Of a DNA stretch of 64,000 nt, positions 13,438 to 25,003 are shown in pieces. The notes under the pieces are model-generated. The model was not told where the DNA came from. It searched no databases and worked only from the letters and a program-made list of their open reading frames with translations. A program made the position numbers and the translations under genes. The DNA is from Calcarisporiella thermophila CBS 279.70 (Eukaryota; Fungi; Calcarisporiellomycota), in NCBI RefSeq assembly GCF_041956535.1, contig NW_027192212.1, positions 409,129 to 473,128 of the forward strand. The letters are read 5' to 3'. Positions within the stretch are counted from its first letter, which is position 1. Each line of letters begins with the position of its first letter.

Positions 13438-15335
13438 ATGCAACCATCGAAGGCTCTTATTATTCCGGTGCAAACAGAAGGCATCACTGAAAAGGCACCA
13501 GGTGGAGCGGATATAGGGGAAGCAGCAAAAGACTCGAGTGTATTCACAGATGTGAAACCGTTGGGCTCTAATGAAGGCTCTGGCATAAGAGAGAAGAGTG
13601 CTAACGATAAGAGTTATTGTGGGAGACAGAGCCAAGTCAACATGGATGCCTCCTGTCCCCCCTTGGACAGTAGAATCGGATGGCTGGGAGTAGTTAGTTC
13701 TTTTCTTGTGTAGGCAACAGAACTAATACCATTCATTAATTAGAGACGATTTCACTTTGTATATATATAATTTTACAACAGAAACGCTTACTGCTTTGGC
13801 GTAACATTCTCCTGGAGTATATACCAGACGGAATACCTTAGCAATGTTTTTGCTGGCGAATACACTACACTCCAAGTAGCTTTTGTAGGCTCACTTACGC
13901 AGGCAACTCTGACTTTCTTTGGCGTGTTCAGTGATGTTTTTATCCGGAATTTTGGCTATCGTAAGACAATGATTGTTGGCACTTTCTTCTGCGTCGCCTC
14001 GCATATTGTTGCAAGCTTTGCAACAAAGGCAGTATTTGTTACAGCCTGGTTGAGAAGCGTGGCCTAATATCTCTATTATTCCTCCGATATACATAGCTCT
14101 GGCACATATTTCTTACCCAAGGCTTTCTGTTTGGACTTGGCATTTCACTAGTGTAGAGTATATTTTGAGGAAATTGTGGTCGAGACAATTGTTCCAGCTC
14201 TTTACTTTTCAATAGCTATTTTCCCTCAATCTCTCTCCCGGCTCAACACTTCGAGAAAAAACGCGGCGTCGCAATGGGGGTCGCACTTTCTGGAAGCGGA
14301 TTAGGAGGGTTGGCCTTTTCACCCTTGGTGCGGTTTCTCATAGACCGTGCTGGCCTTCAATGGTCTCTTCGTGCGCTTGCTTTGCTTGGCCTTATCTTTC
14401 TGCCCATAGCCGTGTTTCTCGCCCGTCCTCGTGTTACGTCGACTTCTCGACGCAGCGCTAACGGACGATATATTAATATCGATTTCCATGTCATTAATAC
14501 CAAATTAGTTTTGCTACTGTGTTGCACGTTTTTCAATAGCTTCGGCTATAATACACCCTATTTCATGTTGAACGGGTACGCGCGATTTATTGGGATGAAC
14601 GCGGATATGGCTGCAATATTAACTGGTAGTGCACCAAACTCTTTTCTTTTCATATGAAAAGTGCATTGAAGATTTATTTTTCTCTTGTAGGAATTATGCC
14701 CGGAATTAACTCAGTAGGACGGGTTGTCTTAGGACTCGCGTCAGATTATTTGTATGCTCTCACGATTCTTTCCTCTTAAAATAAGAGCCTTATTCTCTGT
14801 GTAATTAGTGGTTGCGTGAATACACTCTTTTTGAGCCTTTTCCTCACTGGAGCAATGGCTATGATTCTGTGGCCGTTTGCGAGCACATCGGGAATACTTA
14901 TCGTCTTCGCAGTCACATATGGCTTTTTTGGAGGTTATATGAAAATTTTGTTTTACAGTCACTTAGAATATCGACCAGTTGCCGTTATCAGTATTTGAAT
15001 AACCTTGAACTATATAGGTGGCTACATGACCGTTTTCCCAACTGCCATCGCGCGCTTTGCCGCAGCAAAAGATCTCAATTCGGCTATGGGACTAATATAT
15101 TCGATAAACACTTTCGGCTATCTTCTTGGTAATATTAGCCCGGTTGATTGCTACCTGAATTTGCACTAACAGCAAAATACTAGGCCCACCTATTGCTGGG
15201 TTTCTCTTTGATATGACCCATAGTACAAGCTACCTCCCTCTCTCCGAGTTCACCGGTGCCATGATTATGTTGGCGGCGTCCTTTGTTCTTGCTTTACGGT
15301 TCAAAGTCAACAAGAACTTCATTGACAGGGTTTAA
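13438..15335 (+). CDS. MFS monocarboxylate-transporter family (MCH/SLC16-like), copy 2, tandem paralogue
   Basis: PPLDSRIGWLGVVSSFLV, QHFEKKRGVAMGVALSGSGLGG, GPPIAGFLFD; shares several intron positions with copy 1; stop TAA 15333-15335. Confidence 0.9.
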
Positions 15336-16472
15336 AGAGATCCTGTATGTGCCTTTTTGGATATCGGGCTATATTCCCTGATTCCAATATTGCCAACCTG
15401 AGGCGGTAGTTCTGACATATGTACTTTATAATTGGTCGGCGAGACTATTTTTGACACCACTATATCTATTAGAAATACTGATTTTATTACACCTAACTGA
15501 GTCTTAACAAAGCATTAAATGAACATTAATTCGGTTTGTATGCGACAAAACCGATGGGTATAAATATTTTTCTCTCTATACTTGCAAACAATCTTTAGAG
15601 TTCATATTATATCGGCATTCCTCTCGTTCCCTAAACTCATTTGATATTTTAAAGTAAAAAGACTCGACTTCTGTGGTCGGCAACATTTGCTGAATTTGAT
15701 ACTTTCGGGTAAAATTTTGGTGAATATTCTAGTTTATGCTTACATCGATTCGGTATTCTCCATAGGCGAGCCTATTGTAGATTCTCACGGAAAAAAGCAA
15801 CTCAGTGCACTTCATAGAGTTTAAATATGTAGCATCAGGAAACACGTTCGCACCTATAATATGCCACAAGAAGAAGTTTTTCTTTCAAAAAAGAGTGTAT
15901 TTCTTGAAGAGTTAAGGTTCCTGTACCTTAAAAAAACATCGGGCGTATACGCATTTGTCTTAAAAGATATGCAAAGAGCTAGCTTGGAAACTGAAACAAC
16001 TGACGACAGAGAGGTCTACGTCACTCTAATTTTTCAAATCAAATCCACGCGAGACTAGATAATTCTTTTTGCCGCTTTGTTAGGTTTTGCTATCCTCCAC
16101 ACCCTGGATATTATTCTGCTGTAAAACTTTCCACGTTAGATCTGTGGAGAATTGAACACGCAATTCTGGGGCAACAGAAAGAAGGGCTGCTAACGAGGTG
16201 TGCGGTCTCAGCAATCCTCTAAATCATTATTGCGATCTTGCCACCACTGCGTGGCAGCTAAAAAATCTCTGTGAATTGATCGACTTGTCATTGGTCATAA
16301 CCGTTATTTTGAAGAGTGAGTATTTTAATTACTCTTGTTTAATCCCATGCTTGATTCCCGATCCCGATTCTTCTTTCCATGTTCTCACACCGTTCTCCCA
16401 ATTTTGTTCTAGATCTTCATTCAAACTCATCTTCGCATCGGATCTATTCTATAAAGTGAAATTCTGCCAATC

Positions 16473-19301
16473 ATGTCGACCACCGAACAAGAATTATCGC
16501 AGGAGCTGCATAAACACGACCCTAATGGAATTTCTGATTCACTCGAGTCCCAATCACATCCCAATTCATCTTCAGATCCTAGAGTAACCGAACCCTCAGA
16601 CATGACAATCCCTCCCCCAGCAATTGTTGAGCCTGACCTTGCATCTCCACCGCTCCCCGAAGAAGCAAGCAACGCTGCTCCAGCCTCTTCTGCTGGTCCT
16701 GAAGAAAATTTGGGTGGAGACAAGCGAAAATCTTTGAGCAGTGGCAAGGAGCAGATATTTAAGGCAACCTATTCAGGCGTGCCAGTCTACGTTATGACCG
16801 CCCGTGGAGTGTCGGTCATGCGCCGGAAGGAGGACTCATTCCTAAATGCGACTCAAATCTTGAAGGTTGCGGAATTTGACAAACCACAGCGTACTCGAAT
16901 CCTAGAGCGCGAAGTACACACAGGAGCACATGAAAAAGTTCAGGGCGGATACGGAAAATACCAAGGGACATGGGTGCCGTTGGATCGAGCGGTTTCGCTT
17001 GCGACACAATACGGCGTCCTTGATATACTCAGACCTCTATTGGAGTATGTTCCAACATCACAAAGCCCTCCACTCGCCCCTAAGCATGCGCGCGCAGGCC
17101 ATAGAGGGAAACCGCGTGGCGCTCGAGGCGGAAGAGGCCGCGGTGGGGGACGCGGTAGAAAACGCCTGGACGTGGTAGGAGGTATATCACGCGGTGCATC
17201 AGGGATATCTCTTGAGGATGATGTTATCTCGGAATTATCGGTGTCGGATTTTGATGTGGGCAGCGAGGCAGCGCTCGAGCCCGATGTGGAAAGTGACGCT
17301 GGAATGGCCTCAGATGACCTGCGGGCCTCCTCACGACTTGCTCCCGGCTCTCCTTCGATGGGTAGTGTGCATTCCGCGTCCATGGCAGGTGACTCCGACG
17401 ATCATGGAGATGGAAGTATGTCACTGCGTAAGCGGCGAAGACGCCGACCGCCGGTCAGAGAGTTGCCTACAGGGGCTAAACAACAGCAACAGCAACAGCA
17501 GCAATCGCAGCCGCGGAAAAAACGTGGTCGTCCTCCGAAACGTATCAAACCTATTCCAGAGCGGGTGCGGGAGGATGAGATGGAGTCAGACGGGGTGGTC
17601 GAAGCGGAAGAGAATGAAATGGATTATGAGTCAGAGGAAGGCTACGAGTTTGATGGACATTTCAGCGATGACTCAGCTAATCGCTACGCGGAAATCCTCT
17701 TCGACTACTTCGTCTCGGACTCCCAAGAGGTGCCAGCAATCCTCGCACATCCCCCAAGCGATTTCGACCCCGACGTCATCATCGACGAGGAGGGCCACAC
17801 CTGTTTGCATTGGGCTGCCGCCATGGCGCGGATCAAGGTTGTGCGGATACTGGTCAATCACGCTAGGGCGGACATTCGGCGTGTCAATTATCTGGGCGAG
17901 ACGCCCCTGATGCGCAGCGTTCTCTTCACCAATAATTTCGATATGCGCTCGTTCCCGGAGCTCGTGGAGCTGCTGCACGAGAATATCCGCATGCTGGACA
18001 AAAACGACCGGACCGTGTTCCATCACATTGCCGCCACTGCGGGCAGCAAAGGCAAGATGAATGCATCGCGGTACTACATGGAGTGCCTCATCAAGGAGCT
18101 GTCGGCCGACCCGGAGGAGCTGAGCGGGATACTCAACATGCGGGATGTGATGGGGGATACGGCTCTGCATCTTGCGGCGCGGATCCCCAACAAACGACTA
18201 GTGAAGCTCTTGCTCGATGCGGGGGCGGATCTTAGGGTACAGAACGACGTTGGCAAGACCCCCGAAGACTACATTGTGGAGGCCGACCGTCTGGTGAGGA
18301 TACGGGGAGGGCTGCCGCGTAGCCAGAGCCCGCAGCCCACCACCCCCGTGAGCTTGGGGCGGAGCGCCCGTTCCTTCGCCTCGGCAGGGGCCGTGGAGGC
18401 TGCGCTGCTGGATTCGGACGGAGAGAGTCCGCCTCACGACGCTTTGGATCCCGTGGTGCGCAAGGCCATGTCCGACGTGACCCGGCTCTTCGACGAGCTC
18501 TCCTCTGCCCACCAGCAGGAGCTCCGAAATAAAAATCGCGACCTCCAAGAGGCGCGCTCTCTCTTACACAGCATCCAAATGCAGATTCAAGAGTCGAGGC
18601 GGCTGCTGGACGGGAACACGGTGCGCGCCGAACAAATCCCCATTGCAAAAAAACGGGTGGAGGAGTTGGAGCGCCACCTACGAAAGGGGCTGAATCGGGG
18701 GCTGCGAGAACGCCTGGCTGCGGCCATCAGCAGCAACCGTCGGGATCCATCCGGCGTGCACGCGAATGGCGAGAATATCAGAGCAGGGGGGGGTGGGCTG
18801 GACGCGAGTGGGTTTTTGCCTTCAGCTGGAGTCGCGGGGGCAAAGATGCTACAGGTCGACAACATTCCTGCCCCCCATCTCTCCGCCCCCGCCCCCCTCT
18901 CCTCGGCCCAGATGGAGGCAACGTTGTCTGCGCCCGGGGAGTTGGAGCGGAAGCTGCCCACCCCACCGCGTGAATCCCACTCCACCCCCACCTCCCCCCC
19001 GTCCCAGCCCGTCCCCAACTCCGCCATCCCCAACCTCTCCGAAAAGCAGCTCTCTCCCGCCGAGCGAGAGCAGTACCTGCGTGAACGCACCGCTGTGTTG
19101 CGAGAGCGCCTCACCGGCCTGCAAAAGTCTCGAAGTCGGCTGGTGGAGGACGTGGTACGTCTGCGTGGCTTCGCCAACCCCCGACAGCAAGAGTACCGCC
19201 GGCTGATCTCCATCTGTTGCAATGTCCCTGTAGAGCAGGTGGATGAGCTCTTGGTGCCCTTACTGGAGGCGATGGACGTCGAACAATCCTACCTGGGTTA
19301 A
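16473..19301 (+). CDS. MBP1: MBF/SBF DNA-binding subunit (APSES/KilA-N + ankyrin repeats; Mbp1/Swi4/Res1-Res2 type)
   Basis: SVMRRKEDSFLNATQILKVA...HEKVQGGYGKYQGTWVP (APSES), ankyrin repeats (GHTCLHWAAAMA, GDTALHLAAR), coiled coil and YRRLISICC C-terminus; 942-aa intronless ORF. Confidence 0.93.
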   Translation: MSTTEQELSQELHKHDPNGISDSLESQSHPNSSSDPRVTEPSDMTIPPPAIVEPDLASPPLPEEASNAAPASSAGPEENLGGDKRKSLSSGKEQIFKATYSGVPVYVMTARGVSVMRRKEDSFLNATQILKVAEFDKPQRTRILEREVHTGAHEKVQGGYGKYQGTWVPLDRAVSLATQYGVLDILRPLLEYVPTSQSPPLAPKHARAGHRGKPRGARGGRGRGGGRGRKRLDVVGGISRGASGISLEDDVISELSVSDFDVGSEAALEPDVESDAGMASDDLRASSRLAPGSPSMGSVHSASMAGDSDDHGDGSMSLRKRRRRRPPVRELPTGAKQQQQQQQQSQPRKKRGRPPKRIKPIPERVREDEMESDGVVEAEENEMDYESEEGYEFDGHFSDDSANRYAEILFDYFVSDSQEVPAILAHPPSDFDPDVIIDEEGHTCLHWAAAMARIKVVRILVNHARADIRRVNYLGETPLMRSVLFTNNFDMRSFPELVELLHENIRMLDKNDRTVFHHIAATAGSKGKMNASRYYMECLIKELSADPEELSGILNMRDVMGDTALHLAARIPNKRLVKLLLDAGADLRVQNDVGKTPEDYIVEADRLVRIRGGLPRSQSPQPTTPVSLGRSARSFASAGAVEAALLDSDGESPPHDALDPVVRKAMSDVTRLFDELSSAHQQELRNKNRDLQEARSLLHSIQMQIQESRRLLDGNTVRAEQIPIAKKRVEELERHLRKGLNRGLRERLAAAISSNRRDPSGVHANGENIRAGGGGLDASGFLPSAGVAGAKMLQVDNIPAPHLSAPAPLSSAQMEATLSAPGELERKLPTPPRESHSTPTSPPSQPVPNSAIPNLSEKQLSPAEREQYLRERTAVLRERLTGLQKSRSRLVEDVVRLRGFANPRQQEYRRLISICCNVPVEQVDELLVPLLEAMDVEQSYLG

Positions 19302-19823
19302 GTGATGTGTGGTTTTTTTTTTACATATAATTTTATTGTTTCCGTTTTATTTTTATTTTTCCATTGCTATTTTTATTTTTATTTTTTCCTTCTCCCCTCT
19401 TTTCCTTTATTGTATATAGTTCTTTTACGTTTAATAATTGCAGATTGATGTTACTTTTTGTTATTTTATTTTATCGAATTTTTTTTTCTTTTTCGTGATC
19501 TAGATTTGCCCTATGCATCCGTATCACTAGGCAGAAAGGAAAAAAACAACACAAAATAAAGAAGAGACAGCGTATCACGGCTTTCCTATTATATAATTAT
19601 ATATACATACATACATACACACACCTATATATATGTATATAATATTTTATTGTTTTTTTATGAATGGGAGGAAGAGTATATGTATAAAAAAACAGGCAAG
19701 AAAAAAAAAAGGAATAAAGAGAAAATAAAATCCAAGTAGACGTGACAACCAAATCAGCTTAATCCAGCCGTGCCGTAGCTCTTTTAATTTTTATAATAAT
19801 AATATTATTATTTCTCCACCTCT

Positions 19824-20924
19824 TTACGACGAGGACTTGGCCCACTCCACATGCAAAATGAGATTGTCGTAGCCATAGCCGTCGAGGGTTTGTTGTGCCT
19901 TGGCGGCGTCCTCGCGCAGGACGAAGCTGACAAACGCAAAGCCCTTGCAGATGTTCGTCTCGCGATCGCGAGCAAGATACACACGCCCGATCTGGCCGAA
20001 CCGGCGGAACAGGTCGTAGAGATCGGCCTCAGTCGTCTCCTCCGACAGATTTGTGACACGCAGGGTGGCGGTATCGTCGCGCTTCTCGCGAGGGGAGTCT
20101 CCCGTACGGTCTCCCTTGCGATCGCCGCGTAGATGCGGGGCGACGTATTTGCCGCCCGAAGAGGGCTGCTCCGCACTTGGAGCGGGCTCCGGCTCCTTGG
20201 CGCCGGAGGCAGCGGCCGTTGCCGCTCCGCTCTCTCCTGCCCCGGCAGATGCACCGAGACTGGCGGTGATCTCGTCGAGGGGAGCAAGAGTGTCCTTGAA
20301 CGGGCACTTTGTGGTAAAGTGATCGCCCTTGCAGATACGGCACAGAATCTTCTTCCCCTTGAGGGCAGCCTTCACCTTGGCGTCCTGATCTGCCTCCGTC
20401 TCCACGGCATGCTTGCTCGATGCCCATGACAGCTTGAGGGCAATGTTCTCTCCAACGGTGGTAGTGCTGAGATCGGGACCGGGCTGCTTGCCGGCCTCCT
20501 GGCCAAATTTGGCCCATTTCTTGCGCTCTGCAACCGCGCGATTCACGTGCTCCTGCACCAGCTTGGTGCGGATTTTGCGTGTGATTTTCACCTTCTTGCC
20601 GTCGTCATTTATCCGGTACTCGATGACGGTTTTGAGGCCATTTTCATCGGTGAATATTTGGGGCTGGAATTGATCTGTACAGAAATCGGGAATCAGACAT
20701 ATGATCTCGATTAGCCAATGCTTTCAAAGCAAATTAGCAGGAAAATTAAATGCAGCGAACATCTTTACCTAGCTCCTCGCCGACTTCATCTGCCCAGCTT
20801 GCTTTTGGGACTGACCCTCTAGAAATGGATAGATTCATATTAGAAACTTCACATCAACAAAGACATTCGGATTCTTTGACGGCGTTGCTTCCCCTCTGAT
20901 GATGACTTACAATTCAACTGCCAT
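19824..20924 (-). CDS. TIF35: Translation initiation factor eIF3 subunit g
   Basis: Short 5' exons (MAVEL/GSVPKASWADEV), AVAERKKWAKFG, Zn knuckle CRICKGDHFTTKCP, RRM (LRVTNLSE, KGFAFVSF). Confidence 0.96.
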
Positions 20925-21173
20925 TTTTTTGTTATTAATTCCTCAATAGTTGGACACGATCTCTGCCCATAAGAAATTTTTTATTTTACGATTTGAATGG
21001 CTTAGCTCAAGTGTAAACAGAAATTTGCTTTAATGTTTGTTCCTTTACATAGAATTTATATATGTACAGCAAGAATCCAATGCGCATAAATAAACGTATT
21101 AGATATGGGAGCGGAAAGAGATAGACGAAAATAAAAACAGAAGCCGTCTCGGGTTAACATTTCAATCACGCTG

Positions 21174-22369
21174 CTATGGAATGGTATCGAAGTCCTCCGA
21201 TATACCAAACTCTTTGTTGAACCTTGATCGCTCCATATTGAACTTGTTGAAACAATACGACTGAAGCGTCCACACATTTTCTATGTGTTGCGATAGAAAA
21301 ACAAATGCAATACCAGAGTATTAAAGATGGAGTGTGTGGGTTCTTTGAGGCTGGCTCATCCACTTTTACCTGTCCAACGATTAGCTCCCTCTTTGGCAAT
21401 TTGCGCCGCTTTCTCTATATTACGGGATACAACAGTCAACTAACCAACATAGTGGCATTAAGAAAAACAGCCGAAAGTACCCTTCGCCTCCCACAATGTT
21501 GGATCATTGTCTTTATATTCTTTTAGCTCATCCAGATTGCGCCTGCGAAGACTCTCTGCTTGAGCGAGCTCCTCCAGCTTTTGAACCCTATCCTCCTGTT
21601 GTGGGAGATATTAGCATTCAAAAGAACCGGGTCTTTCTGCTGATGAGCTATGACTATCTTACAGATTCCTCTCTTCCTTGTGTTGCCTTTTCTATTGTCT
21701 CTTGTAACTCTTTGCTTCTCAACTGCTCTCTCTCCAGCTCTTGCTTCAGCTGCTCGATCTTTACCTTTCGCTAGTGCAGAAGATAGAGAGGGGAGAATAA
21801 CGTCAATAGATGATCTCCACAACAGATACATGCAAATCACAAATGGAAATCACTCACCGTTTGCAGGGCAGTACTTGGAAAGGACCAGTAGTAGTTCGAT
21901 GTTCCGATCTTCTCACAGGTAATAAGATCGTCGTCGACCAAACTTTGGAGAACATCCTTTACCGACTGCGAAACTATCGAATGTATGCGAGTAAAGATGG
22001 AGGAACTTGTGGCATTCTATTAACGCCATCGTTTTACCTATTCCTTTCATTTTGGGAGCGATTCTTTCCAGCTCTTTCAGCTGATAGAATTCTTTCTAAT
22101 TTCAATGGAGTAGCGTTAAAACAGTGAGTTAAACTCAACAGATCACGGATCAGAATAGGTTTGTAGATCAATGGATTCAAAAAGCTTACAGTTTCGTGGA
22201 ATATATCCTCCATCCTTTTTCTTTTTTCCTCGGCAGAGAGTTTTTTTGCCTAAAGATCATTGGGAATGGAAGGTGATTAACGATTTTTAGACATTCATGA
22301 CAGTGATCTCCAGAGAATATATAATAAACAGGACAAGTGATTCATGATAATCATATGTATATTTACCAT
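21174..22369 (-). CDS. MND1: Meiotic nuclear division protein Mnd1 (multi-exon; first coding exon is ATG only)
   Basis: Hand-spliced M|AKKLSAEEKRKRMEDIFHET|KEFYQLKELERIAPKMKGI|VSQSVKDVLQSLVDDDLITCEKIGTSNYYWSFPS ... FNKEFGISEDFDTIP*. Not captured by the ORF track. Confidence 0.93.
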
Positions 22370-22439
22370 GTTGTCACAATGCTTTATCTAAGAAGGGCCT
22401 GATTTCCACTGATCTGACCTTGGGACGATAGGGATAAAA

Positions 22440-22451
22440 ACGCGTTCGCGA
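22440..22451. promoter_or_regulatory. MCB element (ACGCGT) plus adjacent TCGCGA upstream of MND1
   Basis: ACGCGTTCGCGA about 70 bp upstream of the MND1 ATG. Confidence 0.5.
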
Positions 22452-23528
22452 TTGATTTAAGAAAAGAATGAAATCAGATTTCAGATTCAAGCAATTATTA
22501 ATTAAAAATTAGACAATAAATTAGTCGATGAAGAATAGGGAAGCGGTCTACGATTCCGCTTCAGATTCGCACGCTTGTGTAGTGGGCTTTGCCGGGGTGC
22601 AGATTTGATGTCATGAATACCTTCTAAGTATATACACACAGCCATAAGTTTCCAAATGAACGGATCCTGCTGTCTTAACAAGCCTATAGCAACATGATGA
22701 TATAATCTGCAATGACAACAAATAGCTTTGATGACATTGAAACCGAGTGGGTTAAAGATACTCTAAAATAAAGGGATAAAATGGATTGGATCCACCGTGC
22801 GTGATATCTATATTAAAAAGGAGAGTGGGGGAGGGGGGAGGAAATAAGGCAATAAGCTATTAGCGCCTACTGTAAATATGGAAAATAAATCAATTTCAAA
22901 CCAAATGGTGATCTGTCAATTTTCTTCCCCGTGCGCAGGCAATTAAAATGCGAAAATGGAAAGTCCGTGATGTGCGATTAAGGGGGAATAATACACTCCT
23001 AATTTTGCGATCAGCCAGAGCTTCATTACTTCCCTCTATTGCATTGATTTTCATAAGGTTTGGTAGGAGGGAGGGGGGGGGGGGGAAGATGTCAAAGCGC
23101 GCTCGAAACAATACACGCACGTCTTTGCTTTCGTCTCCTTTCTTCTTTTCGGAGCCTTACGCATCCTCCTCCAGCTGTGCGAATGAACCCTTTAAATAGA
23201 CACTCTCCTCCCACGAATTTTCATTTTCATTTTTTTTCTTCTTCATCCAGGCCTTATTGTTCTCGCATCCTCACATCATATCACTCTCCTTCATTGACAT
23301 TTCTCCCCGCCACTCCAAGGCATACTTTGTTTGCACTCTTGTACCATACCGCCTCATTCTCACTTAGCACCTCACTCTCTGCTCAATTCTCGCCTCCATT
23401 TTCACTCCCACCCCCACCTCACTTCACTCTAGACCATTTCACTTCAATTCATTCCACGTCTACAGTAGCTCCATCACACCCATCCATCTCTACTGCCCAG
23501 TAACCCCTCCCAGCATTTACAGTTTACG

Positions 23529-24134
23529 ATGGTCTGCAAGCTTTCGCTCCGTACCCTGCTCACCATCCTCTTTACCCTCCTCCTCTTGGTGCATATTGTG
23601 GTGGCTAGGGAACAGGACGACGAGGATGATGAGGACGAGGAGATGGACATCGAAGAGTTCTTGGAGGCGGAGCGGAATCAGTCCGCGTTCTATGTGGCCG
23701 AGCGCTGCGCTCTCTACCATAACTGCGGCGACAACATGGAATGCTTGGCCCGGTGTGCCGGGGTGCCTGCCCCTAACCGGGAGATGGTGACCAGGACGAA
23801 CGAGTGTGTGGCCGGGTGCTACAGTGCCCAGCAGGACCAGCAGCAGCAGCCGCCCAGCACGATTTCCCAGTGTGTGCAGAATTGCATTCAGACCAACTTC
23901 CTCTATACACCATATGAGGACGCCGCGGTCACTCCCACTACCACCATCACCACGATACCTACCAATGGCATGTTGATCACCGTCACCGCCGCCAATGGGG
24001 TTGTCACCACGACCCGGGTCATGACGAACACCACGAGCACCGGATCTTACTCTACCACATCAGGCATGGGCTGGATATGGCTCGGCACCTTGCTCTTCGC
24101 CAGCTTGACCTCGCTTCTCATGGTGGTGTTCTAA
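23529..24134 (+). CDS. Secreted, probably GPI-anchored Cys-rich / Thr-rich cell-surface protein
   Basis: Signal peptide, acidic linker, Cys-rich domain (CLARCAGVPAPNREMVTRTNECVAGC), Thr-rich stalk, hydrophobic C-terminal tail. Confidence 0.8.
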   Translation: MVCKLSLRTLLTILFTLLLLVHIVVAREQDDEDDEDEEMDIEEFLEAERNQSAFYVAERCALYHNCGDNMECLARCAGVPAPNREMVTRTNECVAGCYSAQQDQQQQPPSTISQCVQNCIQTNFLYTPYEDAAVTPTTTITTIPTNGMLITVTAANGVVTTTRVMTNTTSTGSYSTTSGMGWIWLGTLLFASLTSLLMVVF

Positions 24135-24838
24135 GACAAACAAAAAAGAAAAGGCAAAACAATAGAAAACGGCGCCTTATTTACCACTCTTCTAATCATA
24201 TAGTTTTACTAATCATAAGCTTTGCACCTTCTTTCCCCCTCCCCCCCTCCACTCTTCTCTTATTTCAGGTGCTTTGCCATTTAATGTGAATTAATTAATA
24301 TTTTAACCATTTGTTTTTTTCCAAGTGCTCTGTTGGAGTCCACCCTTATCCATCAACGCATAGGGCAATATGTTGTGATTTCCCTCTAATGTAATCTTCT
24401 GTTTGTTTGATAAAGCATATAGACCTTGGTTTTTTACATGTGGAATAAGTGCCCCATCAAAATAGCCGGGGGCATTCGAGGTCTTTCCTCGCTCCTGTTA
24501 AACCATCTCTTCTCCAACCACAAACCTTATCATCCGCTAATGAGTCTGCCAAACAAATCCCTGCGCACTGTATAAATGGGGCTTCAATGGACTAAAATTG
24601 GAATGGCCATTGTCCGAGTAGGACGCAAACTCCGTTTGGGATAGAGCTGGATTCAGGGACTGTTTACCATCTTGGATAAGCCAATCGTTTATTTATAACA
24701 TTAGAGAGAAATATGCAATAGGAAGAGGAACGGAAATAATGCTATATGAGTTCTATGTGCCATTAATTTTTTTTTTCATAAACATGCAATAGTAAATATA
24801 AGAGATGGATGATGTCGTGGACCGGGTGTTTCTCTCGC

Positions 24839-25003
24839 TTAAATAGCAATGCGAAGAGAGTAATAGGAGAGGCGCGGAGGCTTATTGCGAGCTACGTTTT
24901 TTGTGTTGTTCTGTTCGATTTCTTGACTGCGCACGGACGAAGCGGTGCTTGAGGCAAGCGACTTGTTAGCGCGAAACTTCTTGAATGAAAAGAGATTGGC
25001 CAT
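24839..25003 (-). CDS. Putative 54-aa microprotein MANLFSFKKFRANKSLASSTASSVRSQEIEQNNTKNVARNKPPRLSYYSLRIAI
   Basis: TATATAAA at 25117-25110, C/A-rich leader with no upstream AUG, strong start context ACCATGG. Below the ORF-track length cutoff. Confidence 0.55.
   Translation of the reverse strand: MANLFSFKKFRANKSLASSTASSVRSQEIEQNNTKNVARNKPPRLSYYSLRIAI

Noticed and set aside
23067-23086. Long G-run (also C-runs near 29406 and 38778) as G-quadruplex elements
   Set aside because: Simple homopolymer tracts are common in this window; nothing supports a function.
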